Below are positions 50,026-59,654 of a DNA stretch of 64,000 bases, in pieces. Made by a program: the position numbers and the translations under genes. The notes beneath the pieces are model-generated. The model had not been told where the DNA came from. It saw only the letters and a list, made by a program, of their open reading frames with translations, and did no database searches. This stretch comes from Fulvimarina sp. MAC3 (GTDB taxonomy: Bacteria > Pseudomonadota > Alphaproteobacteria > Rhizobiales > Rhizobiaceae), in NCBI RefSeq assembly GCF_039652615.1, contig NZ_JBDJAC010000011.1, positions 15,744 to 79,743 of the forward strand. Reading direction: 5' to 3'. The stretch's first letter is position 1. Each line of letters starts with the position of its first letter.

Positions 50026-53000
50026 TCAGCCCTTGCCTTGGCTCCCACTGCCGAAGCCGCCGGATGTCGGCGTTCTGACGATCACCGCCTCGCCGGCTTC
50101 GAGAACCGTCTGGTCGCAGGGGTTCAATGCTTCCGTTTCGCCGCTCGACCGCCTGACGAGGGTTTCGCCTGTTTCGCCCGGCTCCCCGCCTTCTATGCCC
50201 TCGGGCGGGCGCGTCCGGTGGGAGGAGAGGATGGAGCAGTCCATGCGCTCCAGAAAACGGATCCTGCGCTCGGTGCCATCGCCGCCGCGTTTCGCCCCGG
50301 CGCCGCCAGAGCCCTCGCGAATGTGGAAGTCCTCCAGCACCACCGGATAGCGCATTTCGAGAATTTCCGGGTCGGTCAGCCGCGAATTCGTCATGTGGCA
50401 GTGAACGCCGTCCGTCCCGGCAAAGGCAGTGCCGTCGTTGAGCCTGCCGGCGGGCGAGCCCGAGCAGATGGTCTCGTAATACTGGTAGGTCTCGTTGCCG
50501 AAAGTGAGATTGTTCATCGTGCCCTGATGATTGGCGAGCGCGCCGAAGGCCTGAAAAAGTGCGTTCGTCACGTGCTGGGACGTTTCCACATTGCCGGCGA
50601 CGACGGCGGCCGGATAGCTGGGCTTCAGCATGGAGCCATCGGGGATGACGATCTCGACCGGTCGAAGGCAGCCGGCATTCATCGGGATCGGCTTTTCGAC
50701 CATCACCCGGAAGGCATAGAGCACGGCTGCGCGGGTTACCGGCTCCGGCGCGTTGAAATTGTTCTCGCGCATCTCGGACGTGCCGGAAAAGTCGACCTTG
50801 GCCGTCCTGTTCGCCCTGTCGACCGTGATCTTCACACGAATGGTCTGTCCGGTATCGGTCGGATACTCGCATTCGCAATCGGACAGTTTCTCGATGAGGC
50901 CGCGCACGGCTTCGGCGGCATTGTCCTGCACATGGCCCATATAGGCCTTGACCGTGTCGAGGCCGAAGGTTTCGACCATGCGGCGCAGTTCCGTAACGCC
51001 CTTTTCGTTCGCGGCTATCTGGGCTTTCAGATCCGCGACGTTCTGGGCCGGATTGCGCGCCGGATAGGTGTGTCCGGTGAGGATATTGAGGGTTTCCTCC
51101 TCTTGGAAAATGCCTTCCGCGACGAGTTTCAGATTGTCGATCAGAACACCTTCCTCGTCCACCTTCGTGGCGCGGGGTGTCATCGAACCCGGCGCGATGC
51201 CGCCGACATCGGCATGATGGCCGCGTGAGGCGACGTAGAAGAGGATACGCCGCGACTCCTCACCCGCCTCGCTATGCTCGGCATCGGAGAAAACCGGCGT
51301 CACCACCGTGATGTCCGGCAGATGGGTGCCGCCGTTATAGGGCGCGTTGAGGGCGAACACGTCGCCGGGTTTGATCCGTCCTTCGTTCGCCTTGATGATC
51401 GCCTCCACCGAGCGGTCCATGGAGCCGAGATGGACGGGCATGTGGGGAGCGTTGGCGACCAGTGCGCCGCTTTCGTCGAAGACCGCGCAGGAAAAGTCGA
51501 GCCGTTCCTTGATGTTCACCGAGGAGGACGTGTTCTGCAGCGTCACGCCCATCTGCTCGGCGATCGACATGAAGAGATTGTTGAAGACTTCGAGGAGCAC
51601 CGGATCGGCGCCCTCCTTGCCGGCCTGACCCGTGCCGAGCGCGGCAAGGCGCGGCTTCTTTTCGGTGCGCTTCATCAGGATATTGCCGGCTGCGGTCTTC
51701 TCCGCGCGCCAGCCCGGTTCGACGACGATGGTCTGGTTCGGCTCGATGATCAGCGCCGGGCCGTTCAGCGCGGCCTGCGTTGAAAGGGTCTCGGAGCGAT
51801 AGACACTGGCGGAGCGATGCTCCCCATCCGTGAAGATCTCAACGGTTTCCGTGGCTTCGGCGTCCGCTCCAGCCTCGGAAGCGGTCGTCTCCGCCAGGTC
51901 TTCGTCCCGGATCTCGCTCGCCTCCAGCGAGACCGTCTCCACCGTGATCGCCCGGCCTTCGTAGATGAAGCCGAACTGCGCCTTGTGGGCGGTCTCGAAC
52001 CCACGCCGCGCCTCGCCGAGATCTCCGGTCCAGGCGACGGGAAGCGTCGTATCCGTGCCATCGTAGCGCAATTGCAGGATCGTTTCGGTTTCGATGCGAT
52101 CCTCGGAGAGCCCCTGGCTTGTCAGTTCGCCGGTCGCCTCTTCGGTGAGGCGTTTTTCGAGAGGGTCGATCTCGCCAGCCGCTTTCTCGTCGAGCGGGAT
52201 CACCAGCGCCTGGGACCAGCTCGCAAAAAGGGAGGACAGCCCGATCCCGTAGGCGGAGAGAAGCCCCGACATCGGATGGATCAGCACCGTCTCCATGGAG
52301 AGGGCATCGGCGACGAGGCAGGCATGCTGGCCGCCCGCGCCGCCAAAGGAATTCAGAAGATAGGTCGAGACATCGTAGCCGCGCTGGACGGAAATCTTCT
52401 TCACCGCGTTCGCCATGTTCTCGACGGCGATGGTGAGGAAGCCCTCGGCGATTGCCTCAAGCGAGCGATCGCCCCCGAGCTCCGCCTTCAGCGCCCCGAA
52501 CTTCTCGCGCACGATTTCCGCGTTAAGCGGCTGATCCTGATTCTCGCCGAACACCGCCGGAAAGAGAGACGGGCGGAGTTTGCCGAGCATGACATTGGCA
52601 TCCGTCACCGTCAGCGGCCCGCCCTTGCCATAGGCCGCAGGGCCCGGATGGGCACCGGCCGAGGCCGGCCCCACCTGGAACCGGCCCTGATCGATGGAGA
52701 GGATCGAGCCGCCGCCCGCCGCCACCGTATGGATGCGCATCATCGGCGCGCGGATGCGAACGCCGGCGACCTCGGAATCCAGCGCGCGTTCGAACGAACC
52801 CGCATAATGGGTGACGTCGGTCGAGGTACCGCCCATGTCGAAGCCGATGATCTTGTCGAAACCCGCCGCCTTGCCGGTTTCCGCCATGCCGACCACGCCG
52901 CCTGCGGGGCCGGACAGGATCGCATCCTTGCCGTCGAACATCTCGGCCGCCGTCAGCCCGCCCGAGGACATCATGAACTGGAGGGACGGGGCCTTCGCCT

Positions 53001-53724
53001 CGCCGGTTTCGGCGCCGAGCGCAGAGGCGACCTTGTCCACATAGCGCCTCAGGATCGGCGTCAGATAGGCATCCACCACCGCCGTATCTCCGCGCCCGAC
53101 GAGCTTTACCAGCGGCGAGACCTCGTGGCCGGTCGAGACCTGAGAAAAGCCGGCCTCTTCCGCGAGGGCCTTGGCCTGCTTCTCGTGATCGGGATAGCGC
53201 CAGGAATGCATGAAGCAGATGGCGCAGGCGTCGATGCCGTCCGCCTTTGTCGCCTTGAGAGCCTCGCGTGCCGCCGCCGCGTCGAATTCGGTCTCGACCG
53301 TGCCGTCGGCGAGAACGCGCTCGGGGATCTCGACGACCCGCTCGTAAAGCTGTTCGGGAAGGATGATCTGTTTGGCAAAGATGTCCGGTCGCGCCTGATA
53401 GGCAATCTTCAGCGCGTCGCGAAAGCCGCGCGTGATGAGAAGCAGCGTCCGGTCGCCCTTTCTCTCCAGAAGCGCATTGGTCGCAACCGTCGTTCCCATG
53501 CGCACCGTGCCGATGCGCGCGGGAGGAATCGGCCCGCCGGTTTCGATGCCGAGGGTGCGCCGAATGCCTTCGAGCGCGGCATCCTCGTAGACGCCGGGAT
53601 TTTCCGAAAGGAGCTTCAGGGGCGAGAGCGAGCCGTCCGGCCCCTTCGCGATGACATCGGTGAAGGTACCACCCCGGTCGATCCAGAAATCATAGGCGCC
53701 CGCCCTTGTCGTTTCGCTCGTCAT
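50026..53724 (-). CDS. Fused hydantoinase A/B family protein (HyuA-HyuB), 5-oxoprolinase (ATP-hydrolysing)-like
   Basis: About 1232 aa from [26 protein letters not shown] (HyuA N-terminus). C-terminal half has a HyuB/N-methylhydantoinase B domain. A single-polypeptide eukaryote-type architecture. Confidence 0.85.
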   Translation of the reverse strand: MTSETTRAGAYDFWIDRGGTFTDVIAKGPDGSLSPLKLLSENPGVYEDAALEGIRRTLGIETGGPIPPARIGTVRMGTTVATNALLERKGDRTLLLITRGFRDALKIAYQARPDIFAKQIILPEQLYERVVEIPERVLADGTVETEFDAAAAREALKATKADGIDACAICFMHSWRYPDHEKQAKALAEEAGFSQVSTGHEVSPLVKLVGRGDTAVVDAYLTPILRRYVDKVASALGAETGEAKAPSLQFMMSSGGLTAAEMFDGKDAILSGPAGGVVGMAETGKAAGFDKIIGFDMGGTSTDVTHYAGSFERALDSEVAGVRIRAPMMRIHTVAAGGGSILSIDQGRFQVGPASAGAHPGPAAYGKGGPLTVTDANVMLGKLRPSLFPAVFGENQDQPLNAEIVREKFGALKAELGGDRSLEAIAEGFLTIAVENMANAVKKISVQRGYDVSTYLLNSFGGAGGQHACLVADALSMETVLIHPMSGLLSAYGIGLSSLFASWSQALVIPLDEKAAGEIDPLEKRLTEEATGELTSQGLSEDRIETETILQLRYDGTDTTLPVAWTGDLGEARRGFETAHKAQFGFIYEGRAITVETVSLEASEIRDEDLAETTASEAGADAEATETVEIFTDGEHRSASVYRSETLSTQAALNGPALIIEPNQTIVVEPGWRAEKTAAGNILMKRTEKKPRLAALGTGQAGKEGADPVLLEVFNNLFMSIAEQMGVTLQNTSSSVNIKERLDFSCAVFDESGALVANAPHMPVHLGSMDRSVEAIIKANEGRIKPGDVFALNAPYNGGTHLPDITVVTPVFSDAEHSEAGEESRRILFYVASRGHHADVGGIAPGSMTPRATKVDEEGVLIDNLKLVAEGIFQEEETLNILTGHTYPARNPAQNVADLKAQIAANEKGVTELRRMVETFGLDTVKAYMGHVQDNAAEAVRGLIEKLSDCECEYPTDTGQTIRVKITVDRANRTAKVDFSGTSEMRENNFNAPEPVTRAAVLYAFRVMVEKPIPMNAGCLRPVEIVIPDGSMLKPSYPAAVVAGNVETSQHVTNALFQAFGALANHQGTMNNLTFGNETYQYYETICSGSPAGRLNDGTAFAGTDGVHCHMTNSRLTDPEILEMRYPVVLEDFHIREGSGGAGAKRGGDGTERRIRFLERMDCSILSSHRTRPPEGIEGGEPGETGETLVRRSSGETEALNPCDQTVLEAGEAVIVRTPTSGGFGSGSQGKG

Positions 53725-53928
53725 TGCCGGCAATCCTTGACCCGTTCCTGAAGGCGACCGCATGATGACGGTCTCACCCACGGTGATATGGCGCAGGAGA
53801 CCAGATGGACATGATCGGGTGAAGCCCTCTTGCGCCAAAAAGCGAAAATCACGACAAGCAATCGAGACAAACGACCGGCGCATCGTGGATCAACGCTGGC
53901 ATTCGAGATTTCCTGGAGGAAACCGCCC

Positions 53929-54528
53929 ATGTCGCAAGGCATCGTGCTCGCATCGTCGAGCGTCCATCGCCGCGAGCTTCTGAAGAATGCCGGGGTCGAT
54001 TTCATCACCGAATCGGCCGAGATCGACGAGCGCGCCGTCGAGGCCCCGCTGAAGGACTCAGGCGTTTCCCCAGACGAGATCGCCCAGATTCTCGCCGAAT
54101 CCAAAGCGGTCGATGTGTCGGAGCGCCACCCCAAGAGCCTCGTCATCGGCGCGGACCAGACGCTTTCGCTCGGCGATCAGGTGTTCCACAAACCGGCCAA
54201 TATGGAAGAGGCGCGCCGGGCGCTGCTGACGCTGTCCGGCAAGACCCATCATCTCAACAGCGCCGTCGTTCTGGTCGAGAACGGCGAGGTCGTCTGGCGT
54301 CACACCTCCATCGCGGCCCTGACCATGCGCGAGCTCGATCCGGCTTTCGTCGGTCGCTATCTCGCCCAGTGCGGGCAAAAGTCGCTCACCAGCGTCGGCG
54401 GCTATCAGATCGAGAAGGAGGGCATCCAGCTGATGGAGGCGATCGAGGGCGATTACTTCACCATCATCGGCCTGCCCCTCCTGCCGCTTTTGAAGGAGTT
54501 GAGGGCGCGCGGAGAACTCGATGGCTGA
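53929..54528 (+). CDS. maf: Maf-like nucleoside triphosphate pyrophosphatase
   Basis: About 199 aa from [22 protein letters not shown]…; Maf fold motifs (…[18 protein letters not shown]…, …GGYQIEKEG…). Confidence 0.85.
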   Translation: MSQGIVLASSSVHRRELLKNAGVDFITESAEIDERAVEAPLKDSGVSPDEIAQILAESKAVDVSERHPKSLVIGADQTLSLGDQVFHKPANMEEARRALLTLSGKTHHLNSAVVLVENGEVVWRHTSIAALTMRELDPAFVGRYLAQCGQKSLTSVGGYQIEKEGIQLMEAIEGDYFTIIGLPLLPLLKELRARGELDG

Positions 54529-55534
54529 GAAGACCGACGAACAGCCGGCTGAACTTGAGCAAAGCCAGCAGACGATCGCCGAGCGGGACGCTGCCTGGGA
54601 GCCCAAGCCCTATGTGAGCGGGGAGAGCCGGGCGAGAGGCGAGAACTCGATCTTCGACCCGGACTTCAACAAGCCGAAGATCGACGGGCCGTCCGCCTTC
54701 ATCACCGGCTGGCCGGTCTGGCATTCGCGCTCGCCCCTGATCCACGGCCACTGGCTGAAGACCCTTGGTATCGCTGGCTCCTACGGCCGGCAGGGTGTGC
54801 CGCCGGAAGAGTTTTCGGTTTTCCTGAAGAGCCTGCGTGAAAAGGGCTTTGCCGGCGGCAATGTCACGATCCCGCACAAGGAAGCCGCCTTTCGCCATGT
54901 CGATGGGCGCGATGGTGCAGCCGAGGCAATCGGGGCCGTGAACACGCTCTGGTTCGAGGGCGACCGGCTGATCGGCGGCAACACCGATGCTTACGGGTTC
55001 GCGGCCAATCTGGACGAGCGGCTCATAGGCTGGGACAGTGCCGAATATGCCCTCGTCATCGGGGCAGGGGGCGCGGCCCGGGCGGTGATCCATGCGCTGA
55101 TCGAGCGTGGCGTGACCCATATCTTCGTCGTCAACCGCACGGTCTCGCGGGCCGAAAATCTCGTGCGCGATTTCGGCCCCAAGCTCTCTGCCCATGGCGA
55201 AGATGAGCGGGACGAGCTTCTGACCATCGCTGATCTCGTCGTGAACACCGCGCCGACGCCTGAACGCGATCCGGAACTCCCCGCATGGTTTCCGGAGAAA
55301 CTCCCCGATCTCTCCATGATGAAGCGCGATGCAATGGTGACCGACATCGTCTATTCGCCGCTGATGACGCCGATCCTCCGTGCGGCCGAAAAGGAAGGGC
55401 TGAAGCATTGCGACGGCCTCGGCATGCTGCTCCATCAGGCCGTGCCGGGCTTCGAGCGCTGGTTCGGCACCCGTCCGGAGGTGACGGAGGATCTGCGCAG
55501 GATGGTGTTGCGCGATCTCGGGATCGAAGGCTGA
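54521..55534 (+). CDS. aroE: Shikimate dehydrogenase with an about 57-aa N-terminal extension
   Basis: Core from [21 protein letters not shown] (shikimate-binding motif) through the Rossmann GAGGAARAV. 8-nt overlap with the maf stop. Confidence 0.8.
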   Translation: MAEKTDEQPAELEQSQQTIAERDAAWEPKPYVSGESRARGENSIFDPDFNKPKIDGPSAFITGWPVWHSRSPLIHGHWLKTLGIAGSYGRQGVPPEEFSVFLKSLREKGFAGGNVTIPHKEAAFRHVDGRDGAAEAIGAVNTLWFEGDRLIGGNTDAYGFAANLDERLIGWDSAEYALVIGAGGAARAVIHALIERGVTHIFVVNRTVSRAENLVRDFGPKLSAHGEDERDELLTIADLVVNTAPTPERDPELPAWFPEKLPDLSMMKRDAMVTDIVYSPLMTPILRAAEKEGLKHCDGLGMLLHQAVPGFERWFGTRPEVTEDLRRMVLRDLGIEG

Positions 55535-55554
55535 CCCATGAGGCTGGACACGCC

Positions 55555-56139
55555 ATGATCGTCCTCGGTCTCACCGGCTCGATCGGCATGGGCAAGTCGA
55601 CGACCGCCGACATGTTCGAGGTCGAAGGCGTGCCGGTCTATTCGGCGGACGCAGCGGTCCACCGGCTTTACGCGGGCCGTGCCGCGCCGCTGATCGAAGA
55701 GGCTTTTGCCGGAACGGTGGTCGATGGATCGGTCGACCGGCAAAAGCTTGGAGAAGCGGTCGTCGGAAAGCCGGACGCGATGAAGCGGCTGGAAGCGATC
55801 GTCCATCCGCTGGTGCGTGAGGAAGAGACGGAGTTTCTGGATGGTGCCCGCGAAAAGGGCGCGGCACTCGCCGTTCTCGATATTCCGCTTCTCTTTGAGA
55901 CCGGCGGCGAAACGCGCTGCGACAAGGTCGTCGTGGTTACGGCTCCGGCCGAGGTCCAGCGCAACCGCGTGCTGGCCCGTGCGGGCATGAGCGAGGCGAA
56001 ATTCGAGGGCATCCTCGCCGCGCAGATGCCCGACGCGGACAAGCGGAAACGGGCCGATTTCCTGATCGATACGTCGAAGGGACTGGATGCGGCGCGCCTT
56101 CAGGTGCGCGACATCATCGCCGACCTCGCCCGGATTTGA
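55555..56139 (+). CDS. coaE: Dephospho-CoA kinase
   Basis: About 194 aa from [16 protein letters not shown] (P-loop). Confidence 0.9.
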   Translation: MIVLGLTGSIGMGKSTTADMFEVEGVPVYSADAAVHRLYAGRAAPLIEEAFAGTVVDGSVDRQKLGEAVVGKPDAMKRLEAIVHPLVREEETEFLDGAREKGAALAVLDIPLLFETGGETRCDKVVVVTAPAEVQRNRVLARAGMSEAKFEGILAAQMPDADKRKRADFLIDTSKGLDAARLQVRDIIADLARI

Positions 56140-56227
56140 TCTGCTCCGATCCCGTTCGCTGATCGTCTTCTGCCGAACAAAAGAGCAATCTGCGACGAAA
56201 AAGACCAACCATCTCAGACGTTAGCGC

Positions 56228-56256
56228 TTGCGCAGCGCGATTGCCCGCCCCATACT
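56228..56256 (+). promoter_or_regulatory. Candidate sigma-70-type promoter for the stand-alone sORF
   Basis: TTGCGC-N17-CATACT, located about 35 nt upstream of the SD of the 25-aa ORF. Confidence 0.3.
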
Positions 56257-56293
56257 CTGCCTTGTGTTTAACGAAGCGAAAGGAGGTGATCCA

Positions 56294-56371
56294 ATGTCGA
56301 GTGATTATCTGATGCCGGTTGGGTCTTTGAATCTGATGGTGCGCGGGGAGCAGCCTTTCCGCTTCGTCTGA
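56294..56371 (+). CDS. Stand-alone 25-codon sORF with a consensus Shine-Dalgarno, followed by two hairpins
   Basis: aaaGGAGGTGAtccaATG; peptide MSSDYLMPVGSLNLMVRGEQPFRFV. Downstream are hairpin GTCATCGcctgcCGATGAT (56388-56410) and terminator GCCGCTTCCgaaaGGGAGCGGC plus CTTTCGTGTTTT (56427-56463). Confidence 0.4.
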   Translation: MSSDYLMPVGSLNLMVRGEQPFRFV

Positions 56372-56426
56372 GGATTTACGGACCGGCGTCATCGCCTGCC
56401 GATGATCCGACCGGCCTGAAATCACG

Positions 56427-56463
56427 GGGCCGCTTCCGAAAGGGAGCGGCCTTTCGTGTTTTG
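56427..56463 (+). terminator. Rho-independent terminator after the sORF
   Basis: ggGCCGCTtCCgaaaGGgAGCGGCctttcgtgtttt. Confidence 0.6.
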
Positions 56464-56726
56464 GGGTCGAAAAGAATGATCGTTGGAGCCGCACTGAGAT
56501 TGGGGGCTCGAACACACGGCTGAACAGTCGAGCGGACTTTCGCCGTTCTGGACGTTCCGCCGCTGTTTGCGAAGCCTGTTCGCTCGCGCCGCCACCACGG
56601 CGTGGCAGGACGGTCCTGCCACTCGGCAGTTTTCCATGCAGAGTCCTTCTGGATCAGCCGGATGTAGCGCAGCCGCTTCCTCAAGGACCAGAGCACTCGC
56701 CTGACATGACAGCCTGGACTGCACTC

Positions 56727-56821
56727 AGGCCTTCGAAGGCGGTGCTTTCAAAGGCCCAAGCGGCAAAGATACGTTTGAAGATCCGTTATCGCGAAGCGAC
56801 CAAACGGATTTTGTCTGAGTA
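56727..56821. repeat. Mosaic repeat: an A-type hairpin module (56727-56756) fused to a partial family-B element (56752-56821)
   Basis: ggccttcgaaggcggtgctttcaaaggccc then aagcggcaaagatacgtttgaagatccgttatcgcgaagcgaccaaacggattttgtctgagtat. Confidence 0.6.
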
Positions 56822-57838
56822 TCACGAACGACCGCGCCAGATCTTCCAGCGGTGAGAGATCTCGCCGACGATGCCGCGCCTGAAGGCCAGCACACAGAAC
56901 ACGAAGACCGCGCCTTGGACGATGGTCGAGACTGATCCGATCTGGGCGAGTTCGTTCTGCAGCGAAATGATGATCGTCGCCCCGACGATGGGCCCGAGCA
57001 TGGTTCCGATGCCGCCGAGCACCGCCATCAGCACCACCTCGCCGCTCATCTGCCACTGAACATCGGTCAGCGAGGCGAGCTGGAAAATCATCACTTTGGT
57101 CGAGCCCGCGAGGCCGGAGAGCGCAGCGGAAATGACGAAGGCCACCAGCTTGTAGCGGTCGGCGTCGTAGCCGAGCGAGATCGCACGCGGCTCATTCTCG
57201 CGGATCGACTTCAGCACCTGCCCGAAGGGCGAGTGAACTGTACGATAGATGATGAAAAGGCCGATGCAGAAGATGCCGAGAACGAGATAGTAGACGTTCA
57301 TGTTGCTCGACATGTCGATGAAGCCGAAGAGATCGCGCCGGGGCACGCCCTGCAAGCCGTCTTCACCGCCCGTGAACGGGGCCTGGAGGGCGACGAAATA
57401 GACCATCTGGGCAAGCGCCAGGGTGATCATCGCAAAATAAATGCCCTGACGACGGATCGCGAGAAGACCCATCAGGAGCCCGAGGATCGCCCCCGCGGCC
57501 GTGCCCGCGAGAATGCCGAGGCCGGCGGAAAATCCCAGCGTTTGCAGGCAATAGCCGGTGACATAGGCCGACATGCCGAAAAACGCGGCATGGCCGAAAG
57601 AGAGCAGTCCCGCAAAGCCGAGAAGCAGGTTGAAGGCCGCGGCGAAGAGCGCGAAGCACAAGATCTTCGCGACCATGACCGGATAGACGAAATGCGGGAT
57701 GACCAGAAGGAAAACGAGGCCGATGACGGACCAGAGCCGGACATCGGTGAGGATCGACGACGATCCGCCTGCGGATGATACGCCGCCGCCTCTTGTGTCG
57801 TTCGTCGTCTTCAAATCGGATTTGCTCGTATCGGTCAT
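56822..57838 (-). CDS. livM: Branched-chain amino acid ABC transporter permease (LivM type)
   Basis: 338 aa; polytopic; LivM-like conserved segments. N-terminal hydrophilic Ser/Gly stretch. Confidence 0.85.
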   Translation of the reverse strand: MTDTSKSDLKTTNDTRGGGVSSAGGSSSILTDVRLWSVIGLVFLLVIPHFVYPVMVAKILCFALFAAAFNLLLGFAGLLSFGHAAFFGMSAYVTGYCLQTLGFSAGLGILAGTAAGAILGLLMGLLAIRRQGIYFAMITLALAQMVYFVALQAPFTGGEDGLQGVPRRDLFGFIDMSSNMNVYYLVLGIFCIGLFIIYRTVHSPFGQVLKSIRENEPRAISLGYDADRYKLVAFVISAALSGLAGSTKVMIFQLASLTDVQWQMSGEVVLMAVLGGIGTMLGPIVGATIIISLQNELAQIGSVSTIVQGAVFVFCVLAFRRGIVGEISHRWKIWRGRS

Positions 57839-58719
57839 GCTGTTTTCCCGAACAGTCCGGCGGGCCTGACGACGAGGACGACCGCCATGACGACGAAGAT
57901 GACGATGTTGGAGGCTTCCGGATAATAGACGCGCGTCAGGCCTTCGAAGACACCGAGCAGGAAACCGGAAATGATCGCGCCCTTGATCGAACCGAGGCCG
58001 CCGATGACGACGATCGCGAAGACGACGATGATGATGTTGGAGCCCATCAGCGGGTTCACCGAATAGATCGGCGCGGCAAGCACGCCGGCAAAGGCCGCGA
58101 GCGCGACGCCGAGACCATAGGTGAGGGTGACGAGGAGCGGCACGTTGACGCCGAAGGCCCGTACGAGATCGGCATTTTCCACCGCCGCGCGCATGGTCGC
58201 CCCAAGCCGCGTCTGCTCGATGAGGAACCAGGTCGCGCCGCAGACGATGACCGCGGCGACGATCACCCAGGCGCGATAGGTGGGCAGGAACATGAAGCCG
58301 AGATTGAAGCCGCCCTGGAGCGCGCTCGGAATGGCGTAGGTCTCGCCCGAAACGCCGTACATCTGCCGGAAGAAGCCTTCAATGAGCAGAGCGAGGCCGA
58401 AGGTGAGGAGGAGGCCATAGAGGTGGTCGAGGTCGGCGATGGGCCGCAAAAGGAAGCGCTCGATCACCATGCCGAAGGCACCGACGATGATCGGCGAGAG
58501 GATGAGTGCCGGCCAGTAACCGATCCCGAGGATATCGAGCAGCAGGAAGGCGACGAACGCGCCCACCATGTAGAGCGCGCCATGGGCGAAGTTGACGATG
58601 TTCAACAGGCCGAAGATGAGCGCGAGGCCAAGGCTGAGAACGGCATAGAACGCGCCGTTGATCAGCCCGATCAGGAGCTGGCCTGCGAAAACCGGAAAGG
58701 GGACTCCGAGAAAGTCCAT
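57835..58719 (-). CDS. livH: Branched-chain amino acid ABC transporter permease (LivH type)
   Basis: About 294 aa from MDFLGVPFPVFAGQLLIGLINGAFYAVLSLGLALIFGLLNIVNFAHG, which aligns with the E. coli LivH N-terminus (…MINFAHGE). ATGA overlap with livM. Confidence 0.85.
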   Translation of the reverse strand: MDFLGVPFPVFAGQLLIGLINGAFYAVLSLGLALIFGLLNIVNFAHGALYMVGAFVAFLLLDILGIGYWPALILSPIIVGAFGMVIERFLLRPIADLDHLYGLLLTFGLALLIEGFFRQMYGVSGETYAIPSALQGGFNLGFMFLPTYRAWVIVAAVIVCGATWFLIEQTRLGATMRAAVENADLVRAFGVNVPLLVTLTYGLGVALAAFAGVLAAPIYSVNPLMGSNIIIVVFAIVVIGGLGSIKGAIISGFLLGVFEGLTRVYYPEASNIVIFVVMAVVLVVRPAGLFGKTA

Positions 58720-58949
58720 GGATTGAGAGATCCTCGAAATGCAGTCGGTCACGACAAAGGAGCGTTGGTCGGACCGTGAGGCTGCGTGTCAGGAAGGGAT
58801 GAAGCGCTGGCCAAAAGGGCCGCGCTTCACGGGGGTTCGAGCGTCTTACCGGCTCGTTTCGTCACATTCGCGCTGGCCGTCCGCCGGTCTCGTCAGCTCA
58901 TTCGCTCTCATTTGCTTGTCCTCCCACAGACCGTTCGGCATTCGGCGCC

Positions 58950-59654
58950 TCAGACGCCGAGATAGCCCGTGATCTTTTCCCTGTTGCTTTCGATCTCCGC
59001 GCGCTCGAACCGGTCGACGACCTCGCCATGCTCGATGACGTAGTGGATGTCGCCCATGCGTTCGGCAAAGCGGAAGTTCTGTTCGACGAGGAGGATGGTG
59101 AAGCCCTCCTCCTTCAGGCGCTTGATGATGTCGCCGATCTGGTTGACGATCACCGGGGCAAGGCCTTCCGTCGGCTCGTCGAGAAGAAGAAGCTGGGCAC
59201 CGGTGCGCAGGATCCGGGCGATGGCGAGCATTTGCTGCTCGCCGCCCGAAAGCTTGGTGCCCTGGCTGTTGCCGCGCGTCTTGAGGATCGGAAACAGCTC
59301 GTAGACCCGCTCCTCGCTCATGCCGCCATCGGCGATCACCGGCGGCAATTGCAGGTTCTCCTTGACGTTGAGCGAGGAAAAGATGCCGCGCTCTTCCGGG
59401 CAATAGGCGATGCCCTTGCGCGCGATCTGGTTGGGCGACATCTTGATGATGTCGGTGCCCTCGTGGACCACCGAGCCGGTGCGGTTCTTGACCAGCCCCA
59501 TGATGGAGCGGAGCGTCGTCGTCTTGCCCGCACCATTGCGGCCGAGGAGCGTGACGATCTGGCCCTTCGGCACGGCAAAATCGATGCCGTGCAGGATATG
59601 GCTCTCGCCATACCAGGCCTGCAGGTTCTTGGTCTGAAGAATCGTATCAGTCAT
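58950..59654 (-). CDS. livF: Branched-chain amino acid ABC transporter ATP-binding protein (LivF type)
   Basis: 234 aa; Walker A GRNGAGKTT, signature LSGGEQQMLAIARIL, Walker B LLLLDEP. Confidence 0.88.
   Translation of the reverse strand: MTDTILQTKNLQAWYGESHILHGIDFAVPKGQIVTLLGRNGAGKTTTLRSIMGLVKNRTGSVVHEGTDIIKMSPNQIARKGIAYCPEERGIFSSLNVKENLQLPPVIADGGMSEERVYELFPILKTRGNSQGTKLSGGEQQMLAIARILRTGAQLLLLDEPTEGLAPVIVNQIGDIIKRLKEEGFTILLVEQNFRFAERMGDIHYVIEHGEVVDRFERAEIESNREKITGYLGV

Noticed and set aside
50038-51228. 396-aa plus-strand ORF and other internal ORFs across 50-53.8 kb
   Set aside because: They are antisense or alternate frames inside the 1232-aa hydantoinase A/B gene.
56114-56724. Minus-strand ORFs of 100 to 133 aa overlapping the sORF cassette
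   Set aside because: They are antisense to a cassette with a perfect SD and terminator, and their composition is not protein-like.
3502-56821. Possibility that the A/B repeats are a CRISPR array or IS elements
   Set aside because: The copies are dispersed tens of kb apart, imperfect, of two different structures, and lack regular spacers. No transposase or cas gene accompanies them, so they are classed as REP/RIME-like extragenic elements instead.
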